Shown piece after piece: positions 47,706-61,158 of a stretch of DNA of 64,000 nucleotides (position 1 is its first letter; every line of letters starts with the position of its first letter). The notes under the pieces are model-generated. The model made no database searches. It was given only the letters and a program-made list of their open reading frames with translations, and had not been told where the DNA came from. This DNA comes from Podarcis vaucheri (taxonomy: Eukaryota). Where the stretch lies: NCBI GenBank assembly GCA_965113315.1, contig OZ220372.1; one strand, written 5' to 3'. The position numbers and the translations under genes were made by a program.

Positions 47706-50170
47706 AATGTGTGTGACCACATCATGTGATCAATTATGCAGGGCGGGATTCACCTGGGTCCCTCCAATATTTTATTCAAGTTGGCACCCCTGCTGCCCAC
47801 TAACATTTTGTTTGGTTGTCTGCCTGGAACTTCAAAAGGAGGACGAGAGGTGGTGTCCAGGCACCTGAGAGGCTGCCATACCTGGCTGGTGTGCTGCTCT
47901 TGGTCAAGTGGGTCACAGTGGCCTTGCCAGGGTTCAGCAGCTCCTGTGTGCTTTTATGCTTCGTTTTAGGACTCCTTAGCAAAATCTGTCCGTCTCCAGA
48001 AGAATCCCGTTTTAAAGATTTCATTGTATTGCCTATAGATAAAAAGTTACCCATTGTGTCACTTTTTTAATCTTTATTTTCAGAAATGGTTTCAAATGTC
48101 TCTGGCTCTCCCCTCTGTGGAATTATCTTGGGAGTAGGAAAGGTGGAACAACGGAGTAGCCCAAGATAGGTATCTTTATTGTTTCCAGAAGACGCTGACT
48201 CATGCAAATTGATATCTTATTCCTATAACTTTTGTTAAAACCTTAAAAAAAAAAAACCCATTTTAGTGCATTACCAAACTGTAAAGCTATGCTTCCCTGG
48301 AGTAACTGGCTTTTATGATGGCTTTCAAAATTCCTGCACCTTCAGCTGAAAATAAAAACCCACCTGATGTCTATAGCTCCACTATAGGGTTGAAATGATT
48401 TCATTTTACAACAGATTCTCTGCAGCAAACACACACTCTATCTCCAGTGTGAGTTGCTAGCACGGAGTTCTTGATGTCTTGCAAGCCTCTACTGCTGTCT
48501 GCAAGGATACTTCCTGGCTTCCCGCAGCACATCCCCTTCCCAATCAAGGCCCAGGCACGTTCCATTCAATTTTCATTGACAGTATTATTCATTGTTTGCC
48601 AAAGCAAAGTCCTAGAAGTGAAATACATGATCAAAGCCACAACCAACGATTCTGGAAATCAGTGACTTTAGAGCATCTGGTTATAACTTTGGGAAGTAAT
48701 GTAATCTGTAGCAATGTAGGCAGATGTCTACTGAAAACACGGGGTGGGCTAACTTCTTTTTAAGCTTCAAAAGGTTATTTCCGAGACAACTAAACTTCAT
48801 GAACCAAACTCTTACAGATTCCCAAGGTTACATATATTCAGCCTAGGCCTGTATGGAATTGAGGAAAACATATGCTGAAGAAAAGGAAAGAAAAGAAATC
48901 TTAGTCATCTGAATGTTTCTCAAGTGACTTCAGTAGTGTTTTGTCTTGTGGTCTAAGATACAAGATTAATGCTTTTGAGGTCATTCATCTTGGGCTATCA
49001 TATTGTTGGTACCAACCAAAAGAAAATGTATTAATTTAAAACATAGAAGATCCTGAAATGTCCCTTCATGTTCCTAATCAACTTTTTATTTTGTTATGTG
49101 GATGCCGCAATGTTCTTTTGTGGCTATGGCCGATAGCTGACACATATAAAGTTTCATTCATTCATTCATTTCTAAAAAGCATCTGTAATATATAAAGTAA
49201 GACACACTGTTCTTATCAGGTTTTCTGATGCTTGGCCTTGTTATAGCCTGGGCATACCTAAAATGAGCTTTATCTATGTTTTGACAAAAGGGAGTATAGA
49301 TTGAATAGCCTTCGGTTGCAGTGTATACTAAACTTACACTAGGTGTTATGCTGCTTGTTTAGTTGCCCCTGAAAAACCTCTTCTGCATCTATGTAGCTCA
49401 CTACATGGTTTGGCCTTATTGCATGGGAAATCTTCATGCTAAGCATCTCATCATCAGCCCAGCAGTGACCAGCACACTGAGTCAGAGGCTGAAGGGTCAC
49501 TGGCTAGGGAGCCAGCCTGGGTTCTTGTCTCTGAGCATGGTGCTGGGGCACATTGAACCTTAGGCTCTGAAAAGCATGCCACAGCATCTAGGACCCATAA
49601 AATCAGAGTCAGGACCCTCACAAGCACTGTCCCTTAAGTCTGGGCATTCAAGTGCCCAATACAGCTCAGTACCTTTCCAATCCAGCAGTTCAGGGGGCAC
49701 ACTAGGCCAGAAGAACCGAGTGCATCCCACAGGACCTCACCAGCTCAGCGGTGTAGGCAGCATACCAGCCAGGAAGCCACAGAATGGAGATGTGTTTGGC
49801 TTTAAGCCAGAAGGTTGACTATTAAGGTGCTCAATGTGAATCCTATAAAAGTTATGCTGAAAACAGAGGCTCACAGGACCTCAGTTCATCTCCAACATTT
49901 GTTGGAAAAAGTTGCTACCTAGACGCTCTTCTTGGTGCTGTAACAACAACTGGCTTGTGTTGCTGCCAGTTGGGCTTCTCCATGGGGCCAGAACAGGACA
50001 TACAGTAGCAGCCCTGTGGAAGCTGGAGCCCCAGTTGCTTCAGGTGAGCAGTGAATGGTGGCAGAATCAATTGGGCATTGAATGGTAGCATAATGTGCTG
50101 AATGTGTGTACCAAATTTAATTCTAAGATATCTGTGCTCAATGGAGTTATCACATTACAAATGTACATAA

Positions 50171-50526
50171 AAAGGTAAAGGTACCCCTCCCCGTACGGGC
50201 CAGTCTTGACAGACTCTAGGGTTGTGCGCTCATCTCACTCTATAGGCCGGGAGCTAGCGCTGTCCGCAGACACTTCCGGGTCACATGGCCAGCGTGACAA
50301 GCTGCATCTGGCGAGCCAGCGCAGCACACGGAACGCCGTTTACCTTCCCGCTGGTAAGCGGTCCCTATTTATCTACTTGCACCCGGGGGTGCTTTCGAAC
50401 TGCTAGGTTGGCAGGCGCTGGGACCGAACGACGGGAGCTCACCCCGCCGCGGGGATTCGAACCACCGACCATGCGATCGGCAATTCCTAGGTGCTGAGGT
50501 TTTACCCACAGCGCCACCCGCGTCCC
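50171..50526 (-). mobile_element. Sauria SINE, full length
   Basis: 14-bp TSD ACAAATGTACATAA. Confidence 0.93.
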
Positions 50527-50685
50527 ACAAATGTACATAAGGAATGACAAATGGAGGCATTGAAACAAAGGCCTCACTGTGCTTTTTGAAGATGAAAATC
50601 CAAATAGATATTAATATATTATAATTTATTTTATTACTTCAGGTGCATGGTTGTAAGACTTAAGACTAGTTCATAAGGTCCAGAT

Positions 50686-51178
50686 CCGAGGGCCTTCTGG
50701 CGGTTCCCTCACTTTGAGAAGCAAAGCTACAGGGAACCAGGCAGAGGGCCTTCTCGGTAGTGGTCCCCGCCCTGTGGAACGCCCTCCCATCAGATGTCAA
50801 AGAGATAAACAACTACAGGGGTACCTCGGGTTAAGAACTTAATTCATTCTGGAGGTCCGTTCTTAACCTGAAACTGTTCTTAACCTGAAGCACCACTTTA
50901 GCTAATGGGGCCTCCCGCTGCCGCCGTCGCACAATTTCTGTTCTCATCCTGAAGCAAAGTTCTTAACCCGAGGTACTATTTTTGAATTAGCGGAGTCTGT
51001 AACCTGAAGAGTCTTGAACCTGAAGCATCTGTAACTCGAGGTACTACTGTACCTGACATTTAGAAGACATCTGAAGGCAGCCCTGTTTAGGGAAGTTTTT
51101 AATGTGTGACATTTTAATGTATTTTTAATCTTTAATCTTCCCCAGAGTGGCTGGGGAAACCCAGTCAAATGGTTGGGG
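50686..51178 (+). mobile_element. L2 3' fragment interrupted by a mariner MITE (50816-51049)
   Basis: uninterrupted counterpart at 47380-47640; TA duplicated at the insertion. Confidence 0.88.
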
Positions 51179-52322
51179 AATGAATGAATGAATGAATAGA
51201 ATAGTGCCTTCATGTACAGCTCCTACAAGTATGATTCCTGGTTTTGTGTACATGTACTGTTCCAACCCATGCAGCTTCTAAGGGGCAGGTGAAGATTTAA
51301 CGGCCAAAAGATGGGCTAGAAATATACAAATGAATAACATCTAGACCATCTGTAATTCACACATTTGCCCAAGCTGCCCCTTTTCGGCAGCACAAATACA
51401 TGACATGACACAAATGACATGTAACACAAAGGTCCACACCTAACCAAGTATAGCAACATTAAGAAACGTTTGTCTAGTTTGATCTTGCTTCACCTTTGTT
51501 CATGCTCACAATGAAATGCTTTCAGGATGCTTCAAAGAACATGCACACAGTAATATGCTTACCACTTCCTTCAAGGTAGAATTTATTTTGCTGCCATATC
51601 ATTCATTTGGTATGTTTTTCAATGCCAACACTGGACTGGTGGGTGGGAAGAGACAGAGACAGGTAGGTGGTCCTAATTGTATGGAGCAATCTTTTAATCT
51701 ATAATAAAAAACACATGCAAGTTTCTTTCTCACAAATAAAGAAAAGAAAAAGCTGAGAGTCAAAGGAACCCCTGTTTGCATTATCCAGTATATAGCAAAA
51801 CCAGAAATTAAACTGCTGTTTGAAAGATTAAGACATTGCAAGTCTGATATGGCACATTCTAGTCTAATGAGTCCTGGAGGAAAGCATGTGAATTAAATAG
51901 ATATTGAAATACAGGATGAAAGCTGAAACCATTTCACAAAAGAACCCATTTACTTATTTCACTTCCCATTAATATTATAGAAAAGAAAAACAGTTGACCC
52001 AGTTCCCAATCGTGCCTAAGTCAAGTCACCAATTCATAATGACCGAGAATCAGGAGAGTCATACATTTTGAGCTGAAGGGAATTGGAGATGTTGGCTTAG
52101 GATCAGCAATGAAAGCTAAAAAATAAAAATAAATGACTAACACATGAAATAAAAAAAAAAGCATACAGTATGCAAACTTCTGGCAGCTGCACTATGCATT
52201 CAACAGTGAATATACTCTGCTCAGATAGACTCATTCAGAGAAAAACAACAGGCTTCTTACCATTATTCTAGTCACATTAAAATGATCTTGAAGAATGTTT
52301 ACCTGCGGGTAGTAAGTCAATT

Positions 52323-52691
52323 GATAGGGACGCGGGTGGCGCTGTGGGTAAAAGCCTCAGCGCCTAGGGCTTGCCGATCGAAAGGTCGGCAGTTCGAATC
52401 CCCGCGGCGGGGTGCACTCCCATTGTTCGGTCCCAGCGCCTGCCAACCTAGCAGTTCGAAAGCACCCTCGGGTGCAAGTAGATAAATAGGGACCGCTTAC
52501 AAGCGGGAAGGTAAACGGCGTTTCCGTGTGCGGCTCTGGCTCACCAGAGCAGCGATGTCACGCTGGCCACGTGACCCGGAAGTGTCTCCGGACAGCGCTG
52601 GCCCCCGGCCTCTTGAGTGAGATGGGCGCACAACCCTAGAGTCTGTCAAGACTGGCCCGTACGGGCAGGGGTACCTTTACCTTTACCTTTT
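52323..52691 (+). mobile_element. Sauria SINE, full length
   Basis: 13-bp TSD TAGTAAGTCAATT; (ACCTTT)n tail. Confidence 0.93.
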
Positions 52692-52773
52692 TAGTAAGTC
52701 AATTAACATCTTTTTGGTTTATGTTTGACTCTCAGCATAATCCTGAGATAATCCTGGGGAGGGGGCATTGCAG

Positions 52774-53477
52774 TGTGAGATCCACTGCTGCAGAGATGTT
52801 GACGTAATCCCTTCCCATGACAGCATGGCCACACTTGTGGGGAAGGGCATGTGCGAAGGAGCTGCATTTAGACCCCAAGGAAAGACCAAGAAGAAGTCCT
52901 AGACTAGGTTGCTTTATTAAAACAACTTCAAAATCTGTCAGGAGTGATCCAGCAGTAAATCACACAATGAAAGTTGGAGTTAACTCTTTTTAGCAAAAAC
53001 ACAATCTGCCAGTCTTGGTGAAGTGTCAGGCCTAATGAGCACAGCAACTCATCCCTGGAAGCAGTTGCTAAGACTGAAGGCCCCTGCCTCCCCACAGATG
53101 CTCCCCTCCTCTCCAGGGTTTTTTCCAAGCAATCAGAGTCCGTGTCTGCAGCCACTCTCTTCTCCCCCCTTTCCATGCCTCTTCTGGTTTCTGGGAGACA
53201 AGCGGGGGAGGGGAGCTTGTCACAGCCTGACTCACTGCTGCCTCTTGACCTCCCTCATCCCATTCAGATCCTGACTGGACTCCTCTCTGCCACAGACTCC
53301 CCTAGCTCACTAAGCCATGTTGCCTCCTCAGCTTCTGACACCTCCTCTTCCCAGTCTTCTCCTTCTTCTCGTTCTGACCACTCATCCTCATCCTCCCACC
53401 GCTCCTCCCTGGCCTCCCTTGGTGGTTCTCCAGCTGGTTCCTCCCACCATTCCTCTGTGTCCAACCAGTCATAGACA
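52774..53477 (-). mobile_element. solo-LTR-like element with acidic Trp-rich short ORF
   Basis: TG...CA ends; minus-strand AATAAA near 52915; no clear TSD. Confidence 0.6.
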
Positions 53478-55364
53478 GTATCACACAGGTGAACAGAGAG
53501 AAAGGACTAAAAGCAGAGGTATTTCTATGTATTTAAAAACTCAGGTTAGGGCAAAAGCTCAATATGCAATTTTGCAAACAATTTTCATATGCTAATTTTG
53601 TATACAAATATAACTTTATACCAGGTGTGGCCTCCAGATGTCCCTGCATGATTCCCATTAGCCCCAGCAAGCTGGCCAATGGTCAGGGTTCATGGAGATT
53701 GTTGAAGGCTAGAGAAGCCCCATGCCCTAGTTAGACCTCTGAGCAAACTGAGATGGTGGGTAGTGCTTTGCTGCATGCCTATCTTTAAACAGCAGGAAAG
53801 GGCAGGAAATCTAAGATCCAGAGCTCAGGTCTGCTGCCCACCCCCAGGCCACTCACTAACAATGGCCCTGCATACCAGAATATGCCATGGCTACCTGTTT
53901 CTCTTGAAAATGCCTAGAGTCCTGTACCCCCTGGCATGCGTACCTTCTGTTTGGTTGTAAGAAAGTACCTGTTATTTAGAACCAGGTGTATTAGTGCCAT
54001 ATGCTGGAGCAGTGTGAGTTATGTTGGGTCAAAGTCTAGATAATAGAGGTGCTTGGGGAGCAGCAGCAGACAAAAGAGGTTTTCCAAAAAACAGAGTTGA
54101 GAAAGTAAGCAAAAGGACCATTTTATGGGTAACTCCTGAAGGGTTCTTTGAGTAGAGATGCATCCAAAGAGTCTGCTCAATGGATTGCTTCAGCTTTCAG
54201 GAGAAAGGTAGGGGAGTTCCAGTGGGAATTGCTTTTCTGACCAAGACAAGGCTTTATAGAGACCACAGGATATTGGAGGCTAGTAGCTTGCCTTGCAGTA
54301 GTCTATATATTTTGCTATTTTGAGCTTTATAATGCCTAGGTCATAACGACCTTTCCAACAATCACAATTAAAGCAATTATAATTAAAATTAAAAAATCCA
54401 TGAGAGGGGGAAAGCCCGGGGCTCCTTCTTCATATGAGGACCTGCATTCTGATGAATTTGCGGCTCTCAACCCCTATGTAAGGTCAGATACAGTATCATC
54501 TTGGTCCTTGTCTTTCGGCACTAGACCTGTGGAAACACTTGCACAAAAGGAATCGCTTTGTTCCTTTAACACAGTCCAGACAGGAAGAGTTGTTTGTATC
54601 AGTGCACTTCCTGTGAAACCTTAACCTGTTCTCAGAAGGGGTTGTTTCTTAGAAATCTCAGTTATGAAGTCAAAGCCAGGAGATTTCCTGCTTTTTAAAG
54701 AACAATCTCTGCAAATTGCCATTGGAGCTATGACACGTGTTTCCAGGGGATAGTACCGAGATAATAAGGAACAGGAACTCTATTGCCTCTATTGCCAAGA
54801 TCTTGTCTTCTGTATAGCGTAACTGGTAAATTATGCCATTGATCAGACCATAATTTAAAAGTAATATAATTTTTAATTAGATGATATGCTTCTACTTAAA
54901 CTTAGTAATGCTTCTGTTTCAGCTTTGTGGCCAATATTGCATCTCCATTTATACTTGTCAAGCAGTCATCTTTACTTATCTTTTTATTTCTTCTTTGTGG
55001 GTTTGGGTGCAGGAGATATAAAACTAGGATACGTGGTTTCTTCTGGAAGTCACCCAATCCAACTACAGACTTCTAAATATTGTTATTTTACAAGTTAACA
55101 ATCCACTGGTCTTAGTTTACCATTGGAGAATTTGCCAGGGAATACCACGGAAATGCCAAATGTGTATGCTTTCCATTTTACAGTAATAATTTGCAACATC
55201 CCGGGTTATAATGTGGTAATCCCTCATCTCTGGGGTTCCCTAAAATACTGGCATATAATGATTTATAGTTATTTATGACTGGAAATAGCTGTGCTGCCAA
55301 GAAAGAAAGAAAAGTGATTTTAAAAATGACAAGAAAAAGAAGTTTGAGGGCAAAGATTGGGAAA

Positions 55365-55801
55365 TGTAATAGGTATGAGTTACTCGTGCGTAAGCTGGTG
55401 CCTTTCTCGGTTAATTTTGCCTTGTTAAACCTTTCTGACTGCACAGCCCCTTCTCATCGTGGCTGCCTCAGTCACTGGCAGAATCCGTCAGTGGGCGTTT
55501 CTTGAACCTCTTCCAACATAAAAGTTGTTTGACACCCAGTCTCCTCCTCCTCTCACTGCGCGGGAGTCTTCTGCGCAGGGAAGGCGTGGGTAACGGAGGA
55601 CCTGGGCTCTCCTCACTGATGTCCAGTGAAGAGTCCTGGAGCCCTCTCTCCAATTCCCCCGTCTGCCCCCCTTCATCCCTGGTGTTGCGCTGATTGGCTT
55701 CCCCCTCTACTGAGCTGTTTCTCCCCCTGCTGCTGGGTCCTTCGCCAGCATCATCTGGGAGCCTCCCCTTCGCCTCTCACTCCGATGTCAGTTCCCTGAC
55801 A
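55365..55801 (-). mobile_element. solo LTR (437 bp)
   Basis: TG...CA ends with exact 5-bp TSD GGAAA; orientation inferred. Confidence 0.85.
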
Positions 55802-56210
55802 GGAAATAATAAAACTAACAATGCCACAGTGCAGTTCCCTTCCAATACATCCAATGGTGTCTTCTGTGCTGTTTTACAGCATGCATAGCAGTCACGTTAC
55901 AGAAGTTAGTCAGACAGGAGAATTAACCACTCAGGTGAGCAGCATAATGCCTCCAGAAGAAGCACATGGAAGCTCCTCTTCTGTGAAGACGTATTGCAAA
56001 ATCCACCCTGCACCTAATAACTGAAGAACCTGCAGCAATTGTTTGCATGTCCGCATTTTAAGCTATTTATTTTTCCATGCACACACACCAGTAAGTCTTT
56101 GGTAATGTAATGCTTCATGAGCTTCCTAGCTGCTTCCAGTTAAACCTTACATGAGGTTTACTCCTCTTTGAGTCCCACATGTCCCCCAAATCCCTTGCAC
56201 ATCTCTATGC

Positions 56211-56331
56211 AGGAGGTCTTTAAGCAGAGGCTTGACAACCATATGTCAGGAGTGCTCCGATGGTGTTTCCTGCTTGGCAGGGGGTTGGACTCGATGGCCC
56301 TTGTGGTCTCTTCCAACTCTATGATTCTATG
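56211..56331 (+). mobile_element. CR1 LINE 3' end
   Basis: near-identical to the reverse complement of 60955-61075; attctatg tail. Confidence 0.88.
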
Positions 56332-59057
56332 CATGAGATTGCTGCTGAAACCTTCACTCTTTCATACTAGAGGTTCTCTTCATCATAGGACACCCTCTGA
56401 TCAAATGTTCTATGTTTTTCTAGTCTATGGCCTACCATTAACCCCCAAAATCTTCAACATCCTCCTGCCTTTGCCTGTTTACTCCCAGGAAGGAAGTACT
56501 GGGCAATTAGCCTTTCACTGGATAACCCTTTCCCTGGTGTCTTCCCTTTCATTATCACCAGTGCTTTTCTTCTAGGAAAAGGGCGTTGAAACTGCGTACC
56601 CTTCAGTACCTCCAGGGGGGAAAGCACTGGTTATCAAACACACTTGGGATTATTTCACACTCCTGAAATTTCCCTCAGTCTTTTTAATTTATCTCTCCTC
56701 CAGCTCTGTGCTTGACTCAACAGACTTCTCCTTCCCTGCTACCCTAATAGCCTGGTCCCCTCGCCCCTCCCCCATACACACGTCTAGCTTTCATTTTCGT
56801 ATTTCTTCACATACACATCTACTACTAAAAGTGCATTCTGGTTTTCTCTCTCTCAGTCGCATTTCTCTGGAATCTTCAGCCTTTCATACCTTCACACATC
56901 CGTGCATCACCTTACACCTTCCTCTCCTCTCTCTTTTCATCCACAATCACACCCTGTCACTTACTCTGCTGCTTTGCACTCATTTTCTATTTCCCCGATG
57001 TCTCTCTCGTTTAATGAGCCTTGCAACCCACCACTGCTGCTCCACCCACGCTTCCTCTAACCTCTCATCACACCATCCAAAGTGTCCCTCTGCTGGCGCC
57101 TGGGTTCTGAGCGGTTCCCCTCACCTTCCAGGCAGATCACCAACATGGGAAGGCAGTGAGCTCTCTTCTCCTCACACCTTCCTGCCATGAATCCCTCCAA
57201 CAGCATACCTGGCAGCATTCTTCACAATGCTATTCACATTCGGTGTCCCTCAGGGATTAGCAGTTCATCACACAAAGGGCCCCGGCCCAGGGTTCAGCAA
57301 TGTCTCCTCAAAATTTACACTGTCCTCCTTAGCAGCCAAGCCCTACGGGTGCATATGTTCCTACAGTCCTAAAATGGGACTGCAGATTCTCTTCAGCAAA
57401 ATCGGTATCTCAGGACTTTTCTTTCTTGGGAACTTGCAGGCTGTACTTTGACATAATGATAGATTATGGCTTTATGTTACAAGACTGAGCCTAGGCAAAC
57501 TTTGGGGTTCATGTGTTCCCTTTCTCTCTTTGGTGCAGTTGCAAGGAGGAAACAAGAAACTCTGCTACCTTTATTAATATTACTAATAAAAGCAATTTAA
57601 CACTATGTCCTAACACTAAATTATGGCAAATCTTAACCATGATTTACTGAAACAAATCCGGCTTCAAACCCTGGTTTGTTTCAGTAAGTTTTTGTTTTTA
57701 AGGCTAACTACACCTCGTCCAAAAAATGCAGCTATCCTTCAAAATTTAACCTTGTCCAAATTTTGCAATATAGTCCTTCAGCCAAGTTATTGTGTACAAA
57801 ATGCATTTGCTAGGGTAAGGGTAAAGGGTGTGTAAAAATGCATATATTAGTGAAAATTACCGTATGTGCAAAAATAGTATTGTATTAAGGGGAAATTGCT
57901 TTGTGAAATTATGCATATTCATTGGAATTCACACTAAAATGCTGATGAATGTTCATGAGAACTTCATTTTTTAAAGATGCACATAGTGATGTGGAGAGAG
58001 TTGAACTAAAAAACAGAAAAACGAGAAACTTAGAGAAACAAAATTTGACAGTCGTAATTCCAACTAACTAACCTGCATCCCCACTGCAATGTTGATGGAC
58101 TAGAGTCCCTATCATCCCAACCCATTGGGTTGGGGCTGATGGGAGTTGCTTTAAATTTTCAGCAATTAAGTACTGAAGACCTCACTTCCCACATCAAAAC
58201 TCAATGGTGACAGTGACACGATGGCCATAGGGACATTTTCCACCCACATATGTTTCTCTTATAAGTGACAATTGGGTCATTGCTTGTAAAGCACAAGCTC
58301 CAGATTTATTTGTAAACATGTCTGGACACTGGGGCTTGAGTAGTAAATGTGCAATTCAGATGTTATCATTGTATTTCCCAAGTCAGGAGCCAGTTTATAA
58401 TAGAAAACAGTTGATATCTGACATCTGCTCTTAGGCCATCTACACTTCTCCTGGAGTGATGTCAGTAATCTAACCATACACACACACAAATGTTTACTGT
58501 GAATTCATTCCACTCCTTTATTTAAATGTCCTTAAAAAAACACAGAAACAAGCTAGGATGGTCATTTTCGGTTGTGCCTACTACCCCCACATGGGGAAAG
58601 TTGTTTTTTTAAAAAACAAAAACAAAATTCTCTCCCACTTCTCTATCTGTAAGGATCCTCTGAAAATTTTACTAAATGGAGATTTACAGTTGGTTTTATT
58701 TTGAAGGTATTTAATGAACTTAATGGATTATGTAAACTGCCTTGAGTGCCATTTGGTTTATTATTTATTTATTTCATTACAATTTATACACTGCCTCATT
58801 GTAAAATTAAAATTAAAATAAAAAATCTTGTGTACTACGCCACTTGAGGCATATGTGTAGGCTATTATTTATTTCATAAAATTTATACACCACTTGACTG
58901 CTAAACAAAAACCCTCAAAGCTGTATAGAAAAAAGACAAAACAGTAAATTTATCTATAAGAAATCAATGAGACTTGCTCTGTTGTTAAATTTTACAGCGG
59001 TCACTGGGGCATAAATTTGCTTCTCAGTCCTCTAAATATAATGATCCAGGAGAAGTC

Positions 59058-59226
59058 CCATATTTTTCGCTCTATAACACGCACCCGACCATAACACGCA
59101 CATAGTTTTTAGAGGAGGAAAATCCGTAGGCATGCCACCCGTAGGCATTCCCTCCATAACATGCACAGACATTTCCCCTTACTTTTTAGGAGGAAAAAAG
59201 TGAGTGTTATGGTGCAAGAAATACAG
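59058..59226. mobile_element. pogo/Tigger-like MITE
   Basis: imperfect TIR ccatatttttcgctctataacac / gtgttatggtgcaagaaatacag. Confidence 0.6.
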
Positions 59227-60452
59227 TACTTACCCACTGAGGAGAAAAGGCAATCTGTACATGCACTGAACCTTGGTACTGGAAACAATTTATGGAGGTA
59301 GTTGCTGCACTTAGAACCTCAGTGTTCATGGGACGGGGGTTGCATGCTAGCACATGTGTCCAAAAGACTGGACCAGAGTTTATAATGGCATGTTGGAGCT
59401 TTCCTTTGATTAGCTGTAGATTTGGGAGAGGCAAAAACCACATGATCGATCTTTGGAAGTTGTACTTCAGGGACTGTGTAAAAGCTTGTTGAAATCACAG
59501 GATATTTTATGTTTTCAGGAAACCACCACAGAAATAAATCCAGAGGAACTGAACTTAAGATCCTTGTCATTAGAATTTTCTCAGAGGGCCTCAGATTATT
59601 TTCTGGCTTCGATTTCATAAGGGGCAGGTCATTTGGCATGACTTATCAAAGATCTGCTCTCATGTCACCCCTTCTTCTTGCAGATGGCTGCTGCTTAGCA
59701 TCTCCTCCAGCCAGGAAAGTCAGGAGTAGAAACTTCCTTTCTGTAGTTGAAGCCAACAGGACTTCTCAGCCAGCTGGCATTGTCTAGGTAGTCTGTCTTT
59801 ATCTGTTCCATGTTGCAGGAATCCACCACTAATTCCAGCAATCTAAGCAGGCAGAATGTAACAAAGCATGGAAGAAAAATGTTCCTCTGCACAAACACAC
59901 ACATACACAAACACTTTTTTGTGCCAGGCATAGCCATTAGAAATCACCAAAAGGTCCATATAACAGCCAACATCAATAGAACCTTTTTTACTACCTTTGT
60001 TAAGCAAAGGTACAGCATAAGCTAAAAAACTGCATCTCATTGTTATAATGTCATAATTTTTGTATTGTTTCAATGACCTCCATGGAAGGTTCTGCTGTGC
60101 TTATTCAATGATTCTGAAAGATGCAAGATGTGTAAACAAAAACTAACTGTGGCAAAAAGAAGTCTTGGTAACCATAATACATGAAAACCAATTGATTTGG
60201 GCTCCTTTTTCTTGCCTCCTGGTTTCTAAGCCCTAACTATTTTGACCATGCAACTATGGAAGCTAAGCCTTTTTTCCACCCTCTTTTTTAAAAAGAAAAA
60301 AGAAAATGAAGGTTGAGATTCTTTGGATGCTGGTGACCACACAGAATTTCAAGGGTGGAGGAAAAGAATTGCCCAGATTTACACTAAACCGTTAGTTGAT
60401 TATCATCAGAATAAACCCAAATTCTTGGATTGCCATGTTCATAAATGCCTAG

Positions 60453-60806
60453 GGAAAGGTAAAGGGACCCCTGACCATAAGGTCCAGTCGTGGCCAACTC
60501 TAGGGTTGCAGCGCTCATCTTGCTTTAATGGCCGAGGGAGCCGGCATACAGCTTCCGGGTCATGTGGCCAGCATGACTAAGCCACTTCTGGCAAAACCAG
60601 AGCAGCGAACGGAAATGCTGTTTATCTTCCCGCCGGAGCAGTACCTATTTATCTACTTGCACTTTGACGTGCTTTCGAACTGCTAGGTTGGCAGGAGCAG
60701 GGACCAAGCAACGGGAGCTCACCCTGTCGTGCGGATTCGAACCGCCGACCTTCCGATCGGCAAGTCCTAGGCTCTGTGGTTTAACCCACAGTGCCACCCG
60801 CGTCGC
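60453..60806 (-). mobile_element. Sauria SINE, full length
   Basis: 14-bp TSD TCATAAATGCCTAG. Confidence 0.93.
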
Positions 60807-60933
60807 TCATAAATGCCTAGCGCATGTTAAAAAACAATAATGAAGCAGCATGGCTCTTTTATTTAACAGCCATCACTGCCATCTTCTACTAGGCAGCCTG
60901 GCAGAGTTAGACAATGTGGTGTCCTCCAAATGT

Positions 60934-61158
60934 TAGAATCATAGAATCATAGAATCATAGAATCATAGAGTTGGAAGAGACCACAAGGGCCATCGAGTCC
61001 AACCCCCTGCCAAGCAGGAAACACCATCAGAGCACTCCTGACATATGGTTGTCAAGCCTCTGCTTAAAGACCTCCAAAGTAGGAGACTCCACCACACTCC
61101 TTGGCAGCAAATTCCACTGTCGAACAGCTCTTACTGTCAGGAAGTTCTTCCTAATGTT
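60934..61158 (-). mobile_element. CR1 3' fragment with (TAGAATCA)n tail inserted into a hairpin repeat
   Basis: AATGTT on both sides; the host repeat resumes as ggactacaactcc. Confidence 0.85.

Noticed and set aside
56708-57190. 160-aa ORF
   Set aside because: Low-complexity CT-rich sequence giving a Ser/Leu/His-rich translation.
59207-60073. Group of ORFs suggesting a minus-strand exon
   Set aside because: Stops in all frames and no recognisable domain.
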